DNA of 23,904 nucleotides from positions 1-23,904 of the forward strand of contig NIVC01004237.1 of the NCBI GenBank assembly GCA_002269645.1, given 5' to 3'. The notes beneath the pieces are model-generated. The model did not search any database. It was given only the letters and a program-made list of their open reading frames with translations, and had not been told where the DNA came from. Origin of the DNA: Macrostomum lignano. Lineage: Eukaryota. Shown piece after piece: positions 19,989 through 23,904 of this stretch. Position 1 is the first letter of the stretch; every line of letters begins with the position of its first letter. The translations under genes and the position numbers were made by a program.

Positions 19989-20840
19989 TCAGCGGTAGCC
20001 GCCCCAGCCTCCGCGACGACCACCGCGGCGTCCTCCACCGCGGCCGCCATTACCGAAGCCTCTGGCTCGGCGGAATCCTCCATTCTGAGAATTATTCCTG
20101 CCGCCGCGACTAGCAAACTGGTAGTCACCGCGGCCGCTGCCTCCGGCTAACGAGCGAAACGCAGCCGCAGTCGCGCACCAGCAGCCGCCGCAGAGGCGTT
20201 GGCGGCAGCCGCCTCCTTCTGCGCCTGAATCAGCGCCCTGGCCTGCATCAGGTAGGTTCGCTCCAGACTGCGCCGGTCTTTGTTGCCGCCGTTATTGTTG
20301 TCGAACCTGTCATTTGAAACTCGCACCCGAACCATGCTCACTGAGGATGCCGACGTCTTATTGGGCTTTGCAACGCCTCCGAAGGAGCGGCGCGGGGTAG
20401 CGGAGGCTCCGGCGGTGGCAGCGGCGCCACCGCGACCTCGACTGGCGCCTCTTCTGACGCCGGCGCCACTCTGACTCTGACTCTGACGACGCAAGAGCTG
20501 AAGCTTCTTGGCCCGGTTTAACGATTGGGCGGCGAGCTTCGCCACGGCCGAGCTGCCACCGCGACCGGCGCCGCCGCCTCCTCTTCCGCGGATATTTCTC
20601 GACCTTTTGCCACCCGCCGCCGCTACGAATTGGCGCTACGGTGTTGCGGCGCGGGGGAGGCGCGTTATTGGCGCCACCTCCGCGCCTGCGACTATTGGCG
20701 CCTCCCCGACCCCTGGCGCCGCCGCCGCCGCGCCCGCTGGCGCCGCCGCGCCGACCAGCGGCGGAATTGCCTCTGGCCGAATTCGAACGCTTTTTATTAG
20801 CCTTGATAATATCGTCAAGGGACATGTTGATCTTCTCCAT
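19989..20840 (-). CDS. RGG-rich protein with N-terminal UAP56-binding motif (ALYREF/UIF-FYTTD1-like, no RRM); two compensating frameshifts
   Basis: MEKINMSLDDIIK matches the ALYREF/UIF motif (MDMSLDDII). An extra base at 20613-20615 and a missing base near 20172-20177 join three frames into ~283 aa ending ...GGRGGGRRGGRRGGWGGYR-stop at 19989. Confidence 0.72.
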
Positions 20841-21080
20841 GCTTGGCTGCTGGGCTGGCCTGCTTCAGTGCTGGAATACACAATTACATGTATAACAGTA
20901 TAATATTTCACCATCGGTAACTCCATGAAAGATGCAAAGTTGGGGAAATTCCTAAGGGGAATCAGGGCATTCCTTATGGGAATTAGGAGAGATTCTTAAA
21001 GGGGAATTGGGGGCGATTTTTAAAGGGAATTGGATGAGATCATTAAGGGGAATTAGGGAACCTTCTTACCTGGAATGGTT

Positions 21081-22190
21081 GGAGAATCTTATGGGGAATT
21101 GGAGATAATCTTATGGGGAGTTTGGGAAGAATCATGAGGGGGATGGAGGAGAATCTTATGGGGAGTTTGGGAAGAATCATGAGGAGGATGGGGAGAATCT
21201 TATGGGGAGTTTGGGAAGAATCATGAGAAGGATGGGGGAGAATCTTATGGGGAGTTTGGGAAGAATTATGAGGGGGATGGAGGAGAATCTTATGGGGAGT
21301 TTGGGAAGAATCATGAGGGGGTGGGAGAGAATCTTATGGGGAATTTGGGAAGAATCATGAGGAGGATGGGGAGAATCTTATGGGGAGTTTGGGAAGAATC
21401 ATGAGGGAGTGGGGGAGAATCTTATGGGAGTTGGGGAAGAATCATGAGGGGATGGAGGAGAATCTTATGGGGAGTTGGGGAAGAATCATGAAGGGGATGG
21501 GGAGAATCTTATGGGGAGTTGGGGAAGAATCATGAAGGGGATGGGGAGAATCTTATGGGGAGTTTGGGAAGAATCATGAGGGAGTGGGGGAGAATCTTAT
21601 GGGGAGTTGGGGAAGAATCATGAAGGGGATGGGGGAGAATCTTATGGGGAGTTGGGGAAGAATCATGAAGGGGATGGGGAGAATCTTATGGGGAGTTGGG
21701 GAAGAATCATGAAGGGATGGGGGAGAATCTTATGGGGAGTTGGGGAAGAATCATGAGGGGATGGGGGAGAATCTTATGGGGAGTTTGGGAAGAATCATGA
21801 GGAGGATGGGGGAGAATCTTATGGGGAGTTGGGGAAGAATCATGAGGAGGATGGGGGAGAATCTTATGGGGAGTTTGGGAAGAATCATGAGGAGGATGGG
21901 GGAGAATCTTATGGGAGTTGGGGAAGAATTATGAGGGGGGTGGGGGAGAATCTTATGGGGAGTTTGGGAAGAATCATGAGGAGGATGGGGAGAATCTTAT
22001 GGGAGTTGGGGAAGAATCATGAGGGGGATGGAGGAGAATCTTATGGGGAGTTGGGGAAGAATCATGAGGGGATGGGGGAGAATCTTATGGGAGTTGGGGA
22101 AGAATCATGAGGGGATGGGGGAAATCTTATGGGGAGTTGGGGAAGAATCATGAAGGAGGTGGGGGAGAATCATAAAGGGAGTTGGGAAAG
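21081..22190. repeat. ~44-bp purine-rich minisatellite (GGGGAGAATCTTATGGGGAGTTTGGGAAGAATCATGAGGGGATG)n
   Basis: Over 20 tandem units of 43-45 bp, each with several G-runs. Confidence 0.95.
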
Positions 22191-22790
22191 AAACTTCAGA
22201 ACTGTGGGAGATTCTTAAAAATTAGGAAATAATCTTATCGGGCATTGGGTGCTGAGGATAATTGTTCGCTATACATACTAGAAACGCAAAAAAATAAACG
22301 AGACAAGAAAAAAATTTTAGAAGATATTTTAATGTTCACAGGGACAATGAGTGCTAAGGACAATAAGAAGAATTGTAGAAATTATTTTGAAATTTTATTC
22401 AGACAAAATCGTTTTACAGTTGCATACTTAACATCCAATATACATTGCTTACACCCGTTTACAACAAAAAATAGTGCAAATGACGGTAGAGAACTTCTTA
22501 AACATGCTTTATCAATTTTGCATAATAGAAGTTAAAGAAGCAACTGTACAACAATTTTTGTTAGAAAGTATATATTGTTTATATTAACGTGTCACTGGTA
22601 TTAAAACTTTTAATAATCAATAAATATTTAAAATAATACACGCTAAATAGAGATATTGTGCTTAAGTTTGAATCATAAATATTGATGAAATAGATTTTCT
22701 GCTTAAAAATTTTACTTACGAAAGTATGATTAATGAAGTATCCCATATACAAGCTATTATAATTATAACTAAACATTTTCTAATAGAAAT

Positions 22791-22987
22791 TCACGATGCT
22801 ATTATTCTGTAGAACTCGCGAAACACGGCAGCCAGGTTGAAGCCGCTCAAAAACTGCGGCGGATCTGAAGGGTTGTTGAGTAGCTCTCGCTGCCACTCCG
22901 ACTGGGCACTCAGGATGAGCTCCTTGGCTGAGTAGCGCTTCCTGGCAATGCGGGGAAGGGGGCTGAGCCTTGTGATACTCGGCTGGA
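22791..22987 (-). CDS. IAP gene, probable terminal exon
   Basis: ctgcag|T is in phase with the donor AG|gtgatt at 23434. Removing one base from the 5-base run at 22958-22962 gives SPAEYHKAQPLPRIARKRYSAKELILSAQSEWQRELL...FYRIIAS-stop. Confidence 0.5.
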
Positions 22988-23021
22988 CTGCAGAGGGAGT
23001 GGCCCAGCAACTGACACTGCT

Positions 23022-23425
23022 CTAGCAACTGGGGATCTGGGAGGCTGGCCCAGCAACTGGGGATCTGGAGGCTGGCCCAGCAACTGGGGATCTGGGAGGC
23101 TGGCCCAGCAACTGGGGATCTGGGAGGCTGGCCCAGAAACTGGGATCTGGGAGGCTGGCCCAGCAACTGGGATCTGGGAGGCTGGCCCAGCAAACTGGGA
23201 TCTGGGAGGCTGGCCCAGCAACTGGGATCTGGAGGCTGGCCCAGCAACTGGGATCTGGGGGCTGGTAGCCCAGCAACTGAGGATCTGGGAGGCTGGCCCA
23301 GCAACTGGGGATCTGGGAGGCTGGCCCAGCAAATGAGGAACTGGGAGGCTGGCCTAGCAACTGGGGATCTGGAGGCTGGTGGCCCAGCAACTGGGGATCT
23401 GGAGGCTGGTGTCCCAGCAACTGAG
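23022..23425 (-). repeat. ~28-bp composite minisatellite filling an IAP intron (same family as 12612-13056)
   Basis: Reverse complement units CCAGTTGCTGGGCCAGCCTCCCAGATCC, inside intron 22988-23434. Confidence 0.93.
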
Positions 23426-23434
23426 GACAATCAC

Positions 23435-23904
23435 CTAAACCGGATGAAGTTCCTAGCTAAAGCCAGCAGAACTTTAGTATCGTCCAGTCCAACGCCGCAG
23501 GCGACTCGGCCTACAGGCCACAAAAGTCTTCGCCAATGGTGCGCATCAGCTGATTGTGATCCTGCCTGGTGTACGATGCCGGATAATTAGTAGTTTGCGG
23601 AGTGACCGCCTGCAGACCGTCAAGACCCAGGCAGCTCTTCAAATGAAGCACAGCGGGCTGAACTTGGCGTGCTCCCGCTCGGGACTGTCCCCCCTGATCC
23701 AGTCCGCGTCCCAAGTCGCAGAAGAAGCACTTGACGTGATCAGCGTCGCCTAGGCTATAAAAACCGCACTCTGCCATGTCCTCGGCTGTTTGACCTCCGC
23801 CACTAACACCGCTACGATTGTCCCAGCCTACGCGAACAAATGAAGCCATCCGAGCTTCCTTAGAGACATAACTTAAAGAGCAGGCGCTCGAAATCAAGTA
23901 GACA
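23435..23904 (-). CDS. Inhibitor of apoptosis (IAP/BIRC family) exon: BIR domain and UBA-like segment; frameshifted, 5' end outside window
   Basis: EARMASF..W...AEDMAECGFYSLGDADHVKCFFC, then after a 2-nt gap at 23705-23708 DWIRGDSPEREHAKFSPLC, restoring the BIR spacing CxxC-x16-H-x6-C. Further indels at 23641-23643 and 23522-23525 lead to PVGRVACGVGLDDTKVLLAL (UBA-like). Confidence 0.88.

Noticed and set aside
21740-22110. ORFs MGENLMG / GKNHEEDGG
   Set aside because: Translations of the 44-bp minisatellite with frequent unit-length frameshifts.
1235-22190. Tandem 21-45 bp repeats as CRISPR arrays
   Set aside because: Units are head-to-tail with no unique spacers, no cas genes are present, and the context is eukaryotic.
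22245-22790. AT-rich plus-strand ORF fragments as a decayed viral or transposon gene
   Set aside because: No recognisable motif, multiple stops, and the position fits IAP 3' UTR or intergenic DNA. A significant BLASTx hit would reopen it.
8836-23904. Single NAIP-like BIR-NACHT-LRR gene joining the IAP and NLR
   Set aside because: The IAP has its own likely terminal exon and stop at 22791, another minus-strand gene intervenes, and the NLR has its own N-terminal domains. Only a long-read transcript could overturn this.

Overview
Eukaryotic (animal) genomic DNA with GT-AG introns, tRNA-derived SINEs and minisatellite-filled introns. The style (GC-rich poly-Q/poly-A coding, some very short introns, abundant minisatellites) resembles a free-living flatworm such as Macrostomum, but that is inference only. 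Five genes are supported. (1) A divergent G-protein alpha-like gene (minus, ~216-3514) with no visible G3-G5 motifs. (2) An uninterrupted NLR-type gene (minus, 5471-10121) with DZIP3-type HEPN-like, coiled coil, CARD-like, NACHT and LRR domains; its HEPN catalytic motif and three NACHT motifs are substituted. This is the most interesting locus. (3) The 3' half of BRCA2 (plus, 11194-15607), with no upstream exons found in the preceding 11 kb. (4) An RGG-rich UAP56-binding-motif protein without an RRM (ALYREF/UIF-like, minus, 19989-20840). (5) An IAP (BIR plus UBA-like, minus, 22791 to window end). Also present: three copies of a CORE-like SINE, at least eight tandem-repeat arrays, a 27-bp repeat with a coding-like substitution pattern, and a possible small Cys-rich gene. 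Several GC-rich genes carry 1-2 nt indels, often in short base runs, which may be assembly errors. All calls come from manual translation and remembered family motifs; no database searches were run.
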